Origin: Pristiophorus japonicus
Lineage: Eukaryota
Length of the DNA stretch: 64,000 nt
Assembly (NCBI RefSeq): GCF_044704955.1
Contig: NC_091979.1
Coordinates: 316,572,001-316,636,000 of the forward strand
Direction: 5' to 3'
The notes under the pieces were generated by a model that ran no database searches, was not told where the DNA came from, and saw only the letters and a program-made list of their open reading frames with translations. Below are positions 24,300 to 37,700 of the stretch, in pieces; the stretch's first letter is position 1; the number at the start of each line of letters is the position of its first letter. The translations under genes were made by a program, and so were the position numbers.

Positions 24300-24950
24300 G
24301 AGTGCTGAGCGGCTTGTTCCTCTGCACCTCTAGTCCTCGCTGCTGTGCTGTGTTGTGTTGTGCAGAATGCAGCACACCACGATTTTCCTGGAGACCCTCA
24401 TTGGTGAGTACTGAAGGGTGTCTCCAGACCTGTCTAGGCTCCTGAAACGCATCTTGAGCATGTCAATGGCTTGCTCAATGACACATCTGGTTGACGTCTG
24501 GCTCCTGATGTAACTCTCCTCAGAGGTATCATTAGCCAGGTTTGAAGGGGATATCTTTGTCGCCTCGCCCTTAAGGCTGGTTCCAGGTCTGAACATGTTG
24601 GGGATTCTGGATTGCCACAGCATGATCGCAGCTCCCAGGGAATCTGGCGCAGACCTGCATGAACCTTTATTTTTTAATTACACACTAGCTGAGCATTGAT
24701 GGAATGGAATCCCTTGGGATTGACAAATACTCCTGGTTGATCTGTGGGGTGCTCGGACTGCCCCGTGTGTGCAGTCGATGCCAGCCTGCCCCTGTGGGAA
24801 GCCAGCCAGAGATGTAAATCCGAGTGCCCACTGATTCTGGCTATTGTCATCACAGGGGCAGTTTATATACCTCCAGCACGGGCGAACAATCCATCAGTCA
24901 CCTGCCTTACGCATTGACTTGCAGCCGACTGCGAGACTCCGTGTGCGTTG
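24300..24950 (-). mobile_element. Harbinger (HARBI1-like) DDE transposase fragment
   Basis: RCVIEQAIDMLKMRFRSLDRSG...VVCCILHN. Confidence 0.8.
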
Positions 24951-25044
24951 GGTTACGGCCGCATTTCACATGTTTGACAGTTTAACCCTCCGTGACCCTC
25001 TCCCACCTGGTGTGAGGGGTTAATATCAAAGTCATTGTGATAGC

Positions 25045-25392
25045 GGCCCAGGAGAGGTGTGCGTTTGGGGCCCATAAGAGGCGAGGACACAGGAGCAGCA
25101 CGGGCCAGCCCACACTACGATATGTGCGTGCACTAGGTCCATGCAGCAGAGCTGGCCTGCTGTCTTGGTTAATCCTTACAACTGGACCAAGACCTAGTTC
25201 TGTCAAGCCTGTGCGATGGCTGGTGTGCAACGGCCACCACAGATTAAAAAAATCCATGCACTGTCATCTTCCACCCTTCAACATGTTTTTCTGGACCAGT
25301 AATATTAGGTCCTTCATTGAAACACCTGTGTACTCATCCCTTTTTGACATGGAAGCAAGTCATCCTCGATACGAGGGGCTGCCTAAGAGAGA
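25045..25392 (+). mobile_element. Internally deleted non-autonomous RTE element (second copy)
   Basis: Matches 8690-9030; ends GGAAGCAAGTCATCCTCGATACGAGGGGCTGCCTAAGAGAGAG, like the RTE tail at about 22060-22100. Confidence 0.65.
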
Positions 25393-25898
25393 GACATTGT
25401 TTTCAAACCCACTGAAATGAGGGGAGCTGGAGCTATCCGCTTATAGCAGATGTATGTATACAACAAGGCAGCTGCCTCAGGGCAAACTCCTTCCTAAACC
25501 TGCCTCCCTGTGTCTGCTGCAATGAAAATAGAACATTTCTTACAGCAGGGGACTGGTGATGGTGGAATTGCTCTCTCTCTCTCCCTCTCTCTCCACTCTG
25601 TCTCCCTGTATTCCCTCCCTCTCTGTGAGAGCTGGGACTGGTGCATGCACTAGGTTCCAGAGGGTGGCAGTGTGGGTTATTAGTTACTCGCATTGCTCCT
25701 GCACAAATAGGCTGTGCGTTATATAAAAGACACAATCTGTAAGTGGTTTTGCCCTTGGTGGTTTCAATCAGCTCCCTTACAACATTTCTAGACACCGGAA
25801 TTATAGTGGTGAACAAGAATACATTTATAGCCAGATCATTCCGTCTCAACCGTCACAATGCTTTTATTCGATTTAAGGCACACACTTGCTTCCAGTAA

Positions 25899-28800
25899 GA
25901 AACATAGAAACATAGAAAATAGGTGCAGGAGTCGGCCATTCGGTCCTTCGAGCCTGCACCACCATTCAATAAGATCATGGCTGATCATTCCTTCAGTACC
26001 CCGTTCCTGCTTTCTCTCCATACCCCTTGATCCCTTTAGCCACAAGGGCCATATCTAGCTCCCTCTTGAATATATCCAATGAACTGGCAACAACAAATCT
26101 CTGCGGTAGGGAATTCCACAGGTTCACAACTCTATGAGTGAAGAAGTTCCTCCTCATCTCAGTCCTAAATGGCTTACCCCTTATCCTTAAATTGTGTCCC
26201 CTGGTTCTGGACTTCCCCAACATCGGGCCTGCATCTAACCTGTCCAGTCCCGTCAGAATTTTATACGTTTCTATGAGATTCCCTCTCATCCTTCTAAACT
26301 CCAGTGAATACAGGCCCAGTCGATCCAGTCTCTCCTCATATGTCAGTCCTGCCATCCCGGGAATCAGTCTGGTGAACCTTCGCTGCACTCCCGCAATAGC
26401 AAGAACGTCCTTCCTCAGATTAGGAGACCAAAACTGAACACAATATTCCAGGTGGGGCTTCACCAAGGCCCTGTACAACTGCAGTAAGACTTCCCTGTTC
26501 CTATACTCCTACACCTGAAGTACTGCGTGCAGTTTTGGTCACCTTACTTAAGGAAGAATATATTGGCTTTGGAGGGGGTACAGAGATGATTCACTAGGCT
26601 GATTCTGGAGATGAGGGGGTTACCTTATAGAAAACATAGAAAACATAGAAAATAGGTGCAGGAGTAGGCCATTCGGCCCTTCGAGCCTGCACCACCATTC
26701 AACAAGATCATGGCTGATCACCCACCCCTGCACCTCCATATTATGATGATAGATTGAGTAGACTGGGTCTTTACTCCTTGGAGTTCAGAAGGATGAGGGG
26801 TGATCTTATAGAAACATTTAAAGTAATGAAAGGGATAGACAAGATAGAGGCAGAGAGGTTGTTTCCACTGGTCGGGGAGACTAGAACTAGGGGGCACAGC
26901 CTCAAAATACGGGGGAGCCAATTTAAAACTGAGTTGAGAAGGAATTTCTTCTCCCAGAGGGTTGTGAATCTGTGGAATTCTCTGCCCAAGGAAGCAGTTG
27001 AGGCTAGCTCATTGAATGTATTCAAATCACAGAGAGGTAGATTTTTAACCAATAAGGGAATTAAGGGTTACGGGGAGCGGGCGGGTAAGTGGAGCTGAGT
27101 CCACGGCCAGATCAGCCATGATCTTGTTGAATGGCGGAGCAGGCTCGAGGGGCTAGATGGCCTACTCCTGTTCCTAATTCTTATGTTCTTATGTTCTTAT
27201 GTTCCTCACAGCTCACACCGCCACCCAGTTTAGTGTCATCTGCAAACTTGGAGATATTACATTCAATTCCATCATCTAAATCATTAATATATGTTGTAAA
27301 ATAGCTGGGGTCCCAGCACTGAGCCCTGCGGCACTCCACTAGTCACTGCCTGCCATTCTGAAAAGGACCTGTTAATCCATACTCTCTGCCTCCTGTCTGC
27401 CAACCAGTTCTCTATCTACATCAGTACATTACCCCCAATGCCATGTGCTTTGATTTTGCACACCGATCTCTTGTGTGGGACCTTGTCAAAAGTCTTTTGA
27501 AAGTCCAAATACACCACATCCACTGATTCTCCCCTGTCCACTCTACTGGTTACATCCTCAAAAAATTCCAGAAGATTTGTCAAGCATGATTTTCCTTTCA
27601 TAAATCCATGCTGAATTGGACCAATCCAAATGCGCTGCTATTTCATCCTTAATGATTGATTCCAACATTTTCCCCACTACTGATGTCAGGCTAACCGGTC
27701 TATAATTACCCGTTTTCTCTCTCCCTCCTTTTTTAAAAAGTGGTGTTACATTAGCAACCCTCCAGTCCATAGGAACTGATCCAGCGTCGATAGACTGTTG
27801 GAAAATTATCACTAATGCATCCACTATTTCTAGGGCCATTTCATTAAGTACTCTGGGATGCAGACTATCAAGCCCTGGGGATTTATCGGCCTTCAATCCC
27901 GTCAATTTCCCGAATACAATTTCCCGCCTAATTACAATATCCTTCAGTTCCTCCTTCTCACTAGACCTTTGGTCCCCTAGTACATCCGGAATGTTATTTG
28001 TGTCTTCCTTTACAAAGACAGAACCAAAGTACTTGTTCAATTGGTCTGCCATTTCTTTGTTCCCCATTATAAATTCACCTGAATCCGACTGCAAGGGACC
28101 TACGTTTGCCTTCACTAATCTTTTTCTCTTAACATATCTATAGAAGCTTTTGCAGTCAGTTTTTATGTTTCCGGCAAGCTTCCTCTCATACTCTATTTTC
28201 CCCCTCTTAATTAAACCTTTTGTCCTCCTCTGCTGTATTCTAAATTTCTCCCAGTCCTCTGGCTTGCTACTTTTTCTGGCTAATTTGTATGCCTCTTCAT
28301 TGGATTTAACACTATCCTTAATTTCCCTTGTTAACCACGGTTGAGCCACCTTCCCTGTTTTATTTTTACTCCAGACAGGGATATACAATTGTTGAAGTTC
28401 ATCCATATGATCTTTGTGTTTTGCCATTGCCTATCCACCGTCAACCCTTTAAATATCATTTGGCAGTCTAATCTAGCCAATTCGCGCCTCATGCCATCAA
28501 AGTTACCTTTCCTTCTGTTCAGGGCCCGAGTTTCTAAATTAACTTTCTCACTCTCCATCTTAATAAAGAATTCTACCATATTATGGTCACTCTTCCCCAA
28601 GGAACCTCGCACAACAAGATTGCTAATTAGTCCCTTCTCATTACACATCATCCAGTCTAGGATAGCCAGCTCTCTGGTTGGTTCCTCGACATATTGGTCT
28701 CGAAAACCATCCCCAATACACTCCAGGAAATCCTCCTCCACTGCATTGCTACCAGTTAGGTTAGCCCAATCAATATGTAGATTGAAGTCGCCCATGGTAA

Positions 28801-29375
28801 CTGCTGTACCTTTATTGCACACATCCCTTATTTCTTGTTTGATGCTGTCCCCAACCTCACTGCTATTATTTGGTGGCCTGTACACAACTCCCACTTGCGT
28901 TTTCTGTCCTTTGGTATTCTGTAGCTCCACCCATACAGATTCCACATCATCCAAGCTAATGTCCTTCCTACAATTGCATTAATTTCCTCTTTAACCAGCA
29001 ACGCCATCCCACCTCCTTTTCCTTTCTGTCTATCCTTCCTAAATACTGAATACCCTTGGATGTTGAGTTCCCAGCCTTGATCACCCTGGAGCCGTGTCTC
29101 CATGATGCCAATCACATCGTATACGTTAACAGCTATCTGTGCAGTTAATTCGTCCACCTTATTCCGAATACTCCTCGCATTGTGGCACAGAGCCTTCAGG
29201 CTTGTCTTTTTAACATACTTTGACCCTTTAGAATTCTGTTGTAAAGTGGCCCTTTTTGTTTTTTGCCTTGGGTTTCTCTGCCCTCCACTTTTACTATTCT
29301 CCTTTCTATCTTTTGCTTCTGTCTCCATTTTATTCCCCTCTGTCTCCCTGAATAGATTCCCATCCCCCTGCCATA
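25899..29375 (-). mobile_element. Long CR1 LINE (ORF2 endonuclease-RT-3' tail) interrupted by an opposite-strand CR1
   Basis: LCHNARSIRNK, VGVVYRPP, MGDFN, SDHN and RT motifs; 3' part 25899-26508 and 5' part 27205-29375. Confidence 0.9.
26510..27204 (+). mobile_element. CR1 3' fragment nested in the - strand CR1 (itself carrying a short CR1 tail at about 26630-26720)
   Basis: LGLYSLEFRRMRGDLIE...WNSLP; (TTCTTATG)n tail. Confidence 0.88.
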
Positions 29376-30354
29376 TTAATTTACACACTCTGGTGGCATG
29401 AAACAAACAGAATAAAATACAGTACAACACACAACACTGGCCCATCTGAACAGGCCCCCATCGCAAAGTACCCATGACTAAAACACTCCTGTTTGGCTCA
29501 ATAGGGCACCACTGAATCTGTCCAACAGATTGTACATACGCCTATGATCCATGCAGAAACCTCTCCATTAAATCCCTAAGGCTTGGTTGGGACACACAAC
29601 ACCCCTTCATACCATGCTGTGGTCTTAAGACATGTGTGGGCTGGGATAATGCTCACCAGTTACCCCTCTGGCTTACTCACTGCTTCTCCCGATGAGGGAG
29701 GCTCTCTTTGCTCATAGCTGGTGGTTTCTTCTCTCCGTCCCAGACCGAGTGCTCAGTCCTTGTGTGCGTTGAATGAAACAAGTAAGCTTGGAGGAGGAGA
29801 GCGATGGCTGCAACTGCCGTTTCTCTTATACCTGAAAATACTTCTGAATTCTTCGTGCCAAAATTCAGTCTTTTGCCTGAGGCAGTCCAACTGAAAGAGC
29901 AATGAATCCTGTGTCTTTGTTACTGGGCCATTCTGGGGATAAAGGCTCCAATGAGTCTGGGTGGCCAAATGGCTTCCTTTGTCCTGAGGTTCCTGTGCTC
30001 TGGGGCTCGCCGTCATTTCGATGGCTTGAGCTCTGACCAATTTACTTGGTCTCTCACTGATGACAAAGGGTCCCATCAGCCATCTTCCTGCAATTTTAGC
30101 CATTGACCCATCCCCACCCACCTGATGTGTATTCCTGTGGAACATGTATGGACCTATCCCAAGTCCGCTGTCTGCTCTTCTGCAGTAACAGAAAATATGG
30201 AAAAGCAAAAGTCCAAAATTAAAGTACAAAATGTTTTGAAGTCTGTCGATGTTTCCGCCGATTCTTACAATCAGCAATCTCCAAGTGTGTTGCTAATGGT
30301 TACTCGAAGGATATGCTGCTTTAATGCAACCAGAATTAGTCAAATTTAGAAAAC

Positions 30355-31745
30355 CATTGGAGTGCTTAAGCAGCGCTTTAGATGCCTGGACCAGTCAGGA
30401 GGCGAGCTCCAAAACCACCCTGAGAAGGTGGCTCAATTCGTGGTGGTGTGCTCCATGCTGCACAACTTGGCTATCAGGAGGGGACAAGAATTGCCTGAAG
30501 TGTCTGACAGTCCACCTCACCACAGAGAGGAAGAGGAGGACAAGGAGGCAGATGCTGAAATTATGCCAGACAATCAGGCTGGCGCTGAAGCCATGCCCCT
30601 GCCCCCCTGTAAACCGCATGAAAGGGCCCGTGGTGGCATGATAGCTGCAAGAGCCTTAGGTTAGGAGCTCATCAATGAGCGCTTTGCCTGGAAGAATGTT
30701 GGTGTTATTTACAAGGCTGACACACTGCTGGGTGTGCAGATCATACATCAATGGTGGGCATCATGTTGGTGACAGTTAAAGTTTACATTGATTGAAATTA
30801 AGTGCAATTATACCCTTTGATGTTAAGGAATCACCAGCATGTAACGGTGCAGCTACCTGAGCCTATGCGCAACTAGGTTTTGTTGAATAAAAATCATTTA
30901 AACCACACAGTTGTCTGAAATCATCAGTATTTCTGTAAAAAACAATCCTTCCCCTTGCCGTCCTCGCCCCCCCACCCCGCTTTTCCTCCCCACCTCTATC
31001 CCTTCCACTTCCCCTCTTGACTCCAAGCCGCCTGGCCGAGGAGCTCCTCAGGTGATGCTTCATTGTGGAGGGTTGGGGGGGATGACGGCTGAACTGCTGA
31101 GTGGACGGATACGGGAGAGGACGATCCCAAGGTGGAAATGTGCTCCGAGCCAGAAGCAAGATGTTGATCGTGGCTCTCATGTGTCGTGGCAATGGTGGCG
31201 TGGCACCTTGGGATGCAATGCTGTGCTCCGGGACCACTGGGAGCTCTCTGCCATCAGTGTTTCTGGCTACTAGCTCCAGGGCCTCCACCATCCCTTTCAT
31301 GTTACATCTTATTTGTTGGATAAAAACTCGGTGCCAACAAAGTTCTTGGTGCTTAGTCGGCTCCTTGCTGCTGGTGAATCTCCCTCATGCCTCCCACAAC
31401 AGCCAAACAAGCCCACACCACAGCCACACACCAGTCCCTCTCAGCTCCCCCTCTCTCTGTGTCCTCTTCTGTGCATGTCATGGTGACCCTTGACCTCCTG
31501 AATCGCGGGAATCGAGCGCTAACATGCCATTGCTAAGGATGATGACACTTTACAGCAGAAGTTCAGAGAGATTTAACGCTACCGTGCATTTCATATCGCT
31601 CGCGGTAACGCCTAATTTCAAAAATGCTGACTGGTGCTTTGAGAATGGGCGAGAAGCCGACGATCTGAAAACCCTTTCTTACCGCCCACACCGGAAATAA
31701 CGCCCATTTTTGGGCAATATGCACAAAAGTGGAAAATCTAACCCA
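30355..31745 (+). mobile_element. Harbinger transposon remnant: transposase C-terminus (+), convergent partner-ORF remnant (-) and terminal region
   Basis: LKQRFRCLDQSGG...VVVCSMLHNLA at 30362-30664; terminal GTGGAAAATCTAACCC resembles a Harbinger TIR. Confidence 0.65.
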
Positions 31746-31748
31746 TAG

Positions 31749-34700
31749 TGTTTAATCAGACTTTAAGATGGAATATAACACATTAGTTATATTGCAAAAA
31801 CATACAATCATAACAGGTAGCTGATAGATATTCCGTCTTTAGTTCAAAACAATGATTTAAACACAGCATTCGTATCAGTTTTATACATTCATAACAGTTT
31901 TATACATTTTTCGGTATCCCTGATTTCTAACATATTCCCCTCCTTGAGAGAAAGTTATTTTGATCTCTCATTTCCGTACCTCTACTAACCATGCCAACTC
32001 TAGATTTTGCTAAGGGTGATTCAAAAATGAAGATTTTCCCCTTTCTTACAATCCGTTCCTTTAAACGGGAGAAGCAACCTCTGACCCCTTTCTCAAATTC
32101 AATTCACTGTTCCGGTGTTCCAATTGTGCCCTGCCTGGGCTATCCTCTGTTTCTTGTATCTCTCCTGATCTTACCCCACCTGGGGTTTCCTCTGTGTTGC
32201 TTCACATATTCCCTTTTGTTGTGTTCAATTAATCAAATATCAAATACACTATCATCACAAGTTAGATAATTACCAAGCGTGTGAAATAATTTGAACCTAA
32301 GAATGTACTGATATATTAGGCCCAATATCCCACCATTCTGAATGTCATACCAATTGCACCACTTAATTGTGCAGCTTATACTGAAGTATCTCATTTACTG
32401 TCAGTTTCACTTCGGTATCGGTTTTGAAAGAGGTTCTGTTAGACCCATAAAACATGCTACAGGAGGCACCATCAAAACCCTCATACTGGATTCATACTGG
32501 CTTTTCCCACGCTCTGTTACCTACAAAACATAATTATTATAGTTACAATTCAGTCTGACAATCAGTAGCACATCAACTAAGTATATACATGTCCAGCAAA
32601 CATTGATGCAGGTAATGAAAACAGACATTGTACAGAAAGCTGAAGTTTAACATCTAATCAACAAGTCATGGACTTAAAAGATTCTCCAAATCTCTATTTT
32701 TGTCATTAATTAGATCGTTTCTCGATGGAGTATGTGTTAATTGTCTCACTTCCCTGAGCCACATTAACCATTTCACATCTTCTGTTGTCAAGTAACTGAG
32801 CATGTCTGAGACCTGTTCGAATGTCTGAAGTAAATGATGACCTCCAGCAGGAGGGTTCGATAACTGATCATTCTTAACTGGTTCTATAAGATAAAACATG
32901 CAATATTTATTCTTTCACGGTTTTCAACTGATTGATATGGTACTATTTAGCCCCCTTGGTCCTCCCCTTTTTCCCCAGGGAATTGCAACAGATAAACCGA
33001 AGGACTGACCCCGTCAATAATCGGGAATGGGGCCATTCCACCTTGGTTCGAAGCAATGTTGTTGCTTCCCATAGTTTAGTAGCATTACGATATCTCCCAC
33101 TTGCTGTTCAAAAGGTCGGAACTGCTTATCGAAGTGTTTCTATGCCTGGCTTCTTGACTTCCCTGTCTGTCTGGCTACATTTCAAGCCATTTTTGGTTGG
33201 CAGTTCCCTGTACTAAGGGTGTAACTGAAGGGGTTAACAGATGGGCTGGCATTCGCATTAGTCGCCCAGTCATAGCTTGGTAGGGTGAAATACCCGTTGT
33301 GCTATGCGGGGTGGATCTAATAACTATCTGGCACATTGACAGCATGCTAGACCATTTGGTGGGGTGATCTGCACCAAATTTGTTTAACATAACTTTCAGA
33401 ATTCGATTTCCTCTTTCCACCATTCCAGATGATTGTGGACGGTGGGAGATGTGAAGTTTATGCAACATACCCATTGTCCGTTGCAGCTCGGTAAAACTTT
33501 GTGCGGTATCAGCCTGAATTGGCACTCCCTGCCTGCAGCTCACCTCACCCAATAATAGGCGAGCTGCTGTCAATACTGTGTTTGTTTTACATGGAAAAGA
33601 CTCCATCCATTTTGTAAATGTATCAACTACAACCAGACAATACCACAACCCAGAAGGTCCTGTAGGCAAGGGCCTATAAAGTCAATTTGAAGGTGAGACC
33701 ATGGCCCCTCGTGAGGAGGGGGACTACCCAACAGTGCTCGCTTCATGTGGCACTTGGGTTTTGCTGTAAACAGGGCAGGCAACATTCACTCTATGAGTGA
33801 CGTCAGTTACACAATTATGATGCCATGCAAATTTGCGTAGTCTCTGAACAGTTGCATCGGCTGAATAGTGTCCTCCCACCGGGTGTCAGTGGAGGAGATC
33901 AAACATTTTGGGTGCCATGGATGGGGGAACACAGACAACTGGGAGATCAGATGATAGCCACCGCAAGCAGGGCCCATACATTAACAGGAGGGCAGATTTC
34001 CCAGACTGATCTGGAGCCAATTGTGTGTCCACAGCCCATGGAGTGGGCTGAGACAACGGACATCCATCCCGATGCCATGCAATAACAACCGCATAGGGAA
34101 GATAACTGGCCTAGAGACCGGGAGATCGATATCCCCACCTTGAATACTCGGGACAGACCTTAAGGGAGGGGTAGGAGCTTGCCAGAGGTCACCATTAACG
34201 GTGGCATCTGTAGCAGCATGATCTGCTTGTGAGTTGCTCCGGGTGTGTAAGTTCAAAGATGCTGAGTGAGACTTCTTCTTACCAACATAAACAGGGGCTG
34301 ATCGTGTTCCGAGCATACAGCGATAAAGGTAACAAAGTGTTAATCGCATAGGCACTATCTGGCCAGGCATTAACAGGTATGTCATAAGTAATTTGGATTG
34401 CTGTCACCAGGGCTGCAACTTCAGCACATTGAGCAGAGTGGGGAATGCATTTATACTTAATTTCTCGGTCAGGCATAACTAATTCAAATCCACTAGGGGT
34501 TTTCCATTTCTGTGATAGGATGATCCATCAATGTAAACATCCGTGGCATCACCTATTGGAGTAAGAGAGATGGGATGACGGTCGAACTTCAGTGGTGAAA
34601 GTGGACATTCATGGCTTCTGCCCTCATAAAATACGAGCTGAGGTAGAGTTGTCTGCTTTGGCGTTAATTCCAAATCTCTCTGAGTTAATAGAAGTGTCCA

Positions 34701-37700
34701 ATGACTGAGTTGAGCAGAGGAGACCAGCGTGCCCCCCGGTTTAAGTAGAAGATTCAAGGGAGTGTGGGGGCTATGAATGATCGGTTTATTTAAACTGATA
34801 ATAAACAAGAATTGTTTGACTGCCCAAAAAGTGGCCAGCAGATGTCACTCACACACAGTAAAATTCTTCTCCACGCCAGTCAAAATACGAGAGGCCTACA
34901 CAATTGGCATAAGTTTACTCTGTACCTCTTGACACAAAATGGCACCAAGACTCTGATCGGTGGATCCCATCTCCAGGTGGAAAGGCTGAACTCGGTCAGG
35001 CTAATCAGGCATGTGACTTGCATATCGGCAATTTTAAGGAGGGACACCGCTGTTGTATGTTCGATGATCCAGTCACAGGCCACAGTGTCCTCTTCACCCT
35101 TTAATAGTTCATATAAGGGTTTGGCCAGCTCTGCAAATCTGGGAATGAACGAGCGCTGATATCCCAGCAGACCCAGAAAGGAGAGAAGTGCTGTTTTGGA
35201 TACGGGCAATGGTACCTAAAGCATAGCAATCTTATCCTGGTCGGGACTGAGTCCCTTTGGCCCCACAATAACCCCTAAAAATATCACTTCAGGTAGCAAC
35301 AATTGTGCCTTTTTGGGATTAATGTTCAACCCAGCTTTCGGAAGAAGGTCTAATAACTCTTCCATGAAGAAAGACTGGATCGACTAGGCTTATATTCACT
35401 GGAATTTAGAAGAATGAGAGGAGATCTCATAGAAGCATATAAAAGTCTGACGGGATTGGACAGGTTAGATACAGGAAGAATGTTCCCGATGTTGGGGAAG
35501 TCCAGAACCAGGGGTCACAGTCTAAGGATAAGGGGTAAGCCATCTAATACCGAGATGAGGAGAAACTTTTTCACCCAGAGAATTGTGAACCTGTGGAATT
35601 CTCTACCACAGAAAGTTGTTGAGTCCAGTTCGTTGAATATATTCAAAAGGGAGTTAGATGTGTCCCTTACGACTAAAGGGATCAGGGGGTATGGAGAGAA
35701 GGCAGGAGTGGGGTACTGAAGTTACATGATCAGCCATGATCTTATTAAACGGCGGTGCAGGCTCGAAGGGCCGAATGGCCTACTCCTGCACCTATTTTCG
35801 ATGTTTCTATGTTTCAATATGAGTTTGTTTATCAGATGTTGCAAGCAAAAGGTCATCAACATACTGCAGCAGACAGTCAGGTCTCAAAAAAGGGTTTAAG
35901 TACCTGAGCCATCCGTTTGTGGAATATAGTCGGGGCGTTGTGAAAGCCTTGAGGCAAACATGCCCTTCATGTTCCTTTGATCTTCAAAGGTGAAAGCAAA
36001 CTTGTTCTGATCCCTTCCCTTGACAGGGATACTCCAGAACCTGGTTGAAATATCAAAGGTGGAGACGTAGCAGCGACCCGGGGGAATTTGGGACAGGAGA
36101 ATGTGGTCTCCCGATCAACAGGGGCACAAGCTGGAGTAACCGAATTAAGCTTGCGATAATCAATTGTTAAACGGCAACTATCGTCTAGTTTCCTAACTGG
36201 CCAAGTTGGAGAATTAGTAGTAAAAGTGCCAGTGTGAATAACGACCCAATAGTAGACCCAACATAAGGTTTCCTCTCAGCTGGAATGGCATACTGCTTAA
36301 CAGGAGGGTGGGAGGGCCCAATAATCTTCTCCTCCCCTGACATTCTACCACAATTGTGTCTGGATTTAGCAAAAACACCTGAAAATTTACACTCAGCAAA
36401 TCAACCCCGGGGTCTTCAGTCCAGGGAAGGGTGAAGTTCTCGGGTTTTTTAATCGTATATACCAAATGGGCATCCGAACAGGCCTCGGTGGTCCCTCACT
36501 AAAGTGCCACCATAAACAATAGTTGAGAACAGCGTGGTGTGTACGTAATGTGTCACTCCCGAGAATTCCTTTCTGGTCATAAGTAGTCAGATAAACGGCA
36601 GAGCGAACATTAACGGAATCCCCATTGATAGATAGAACAATAGGAATTAACCCCTGATTAGCCACCCGCGTAGCAGCATTAAAACCAGAAAGATTCAGAG
36701 CAAGACCTGAATGGGGCAGGGTCGTGTAAAATAGTCATGGCAGAGCCGGAGTCCATGAGCATGACATGGTGGCGGCCTTCATGATCAATAGTTGGTCTGA
36801 AGGGTCTCGCATCCTCCTCATACCAAATGGGAGAGGAGGAGGAGTTGGTCACTGGTGAGGTTGGTGACCGTCACAGTGTTTGGGAAGGGGTGGATAGTTC
36901 TGGCCATGTACCCCCACTACGGGAGACAGCTGCCACAGTTTGCCCCCCATTTGATTGTGTTGCATGGTCTCTACCATTGCCGACAAGCACTCCAGTTTCT
37001 GTAGCATCTGTCTTGAATCCAGTCTGCTATCGTCCTGACCTGGAGAATGGTAACGCGGCCCAAAATTTGAGCGTCGACGACCTCGACATTCTCGAGAAAT
37101 GTGACCGGTTTTTTTTACAGTGAAAGCAAGTCACATCGCGTCTGTCCCTCTCATTGGGAGAGCCCTGTGGTGGTTGGGGATCTGGGTTTAGGGGACCCTC
37201 CACCGCTGAAACTCGAGCTTGAGGTCGAAGGGACTTGCTCGGTCCAGGCTTGAATACAGACTCCCATCAAGTCCACCCACGGGGTCCGTTTATGAACTGC
37301 TATTCCCAGAGCATCTCTTATCCCAGGCAAAAAACCGTTCAGAAACTTCAGTTTGAATTTCTTAGCTTCATTTGCATCTTGATATCATTGGGCCTTTTCG
37401 TATTAGCCATATAACCGAGAACGAAAGGAAATAGGGCGCTCATCTGGTGAGCGCATCCCATCAGCTGGTTAAAGTCAATTGAATCCATACCCAGTCGGAC
37501 GGACACTGCCTCCAACACATACCACCAATCTCTGTCTGAATCATACACATCCTGGGGGAGCACATCCCAAAGGTCCTCGGAGACACATCACAACAAAACC
37601 TGTTTTAAATCTGCCGTCTCTAATTCAGGATGGCTACGGCGGAACCTGCCCCAGTTACGGGTCAGGGTGATCGGATTCATCCCCAAGATGACGGGTCCCA

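Noticed and set aside
29753-30277. 174-aa ORF on the - strand
   Set aside because: No recognisable domain; lies among TE remnants and cannot be supported as a gene.
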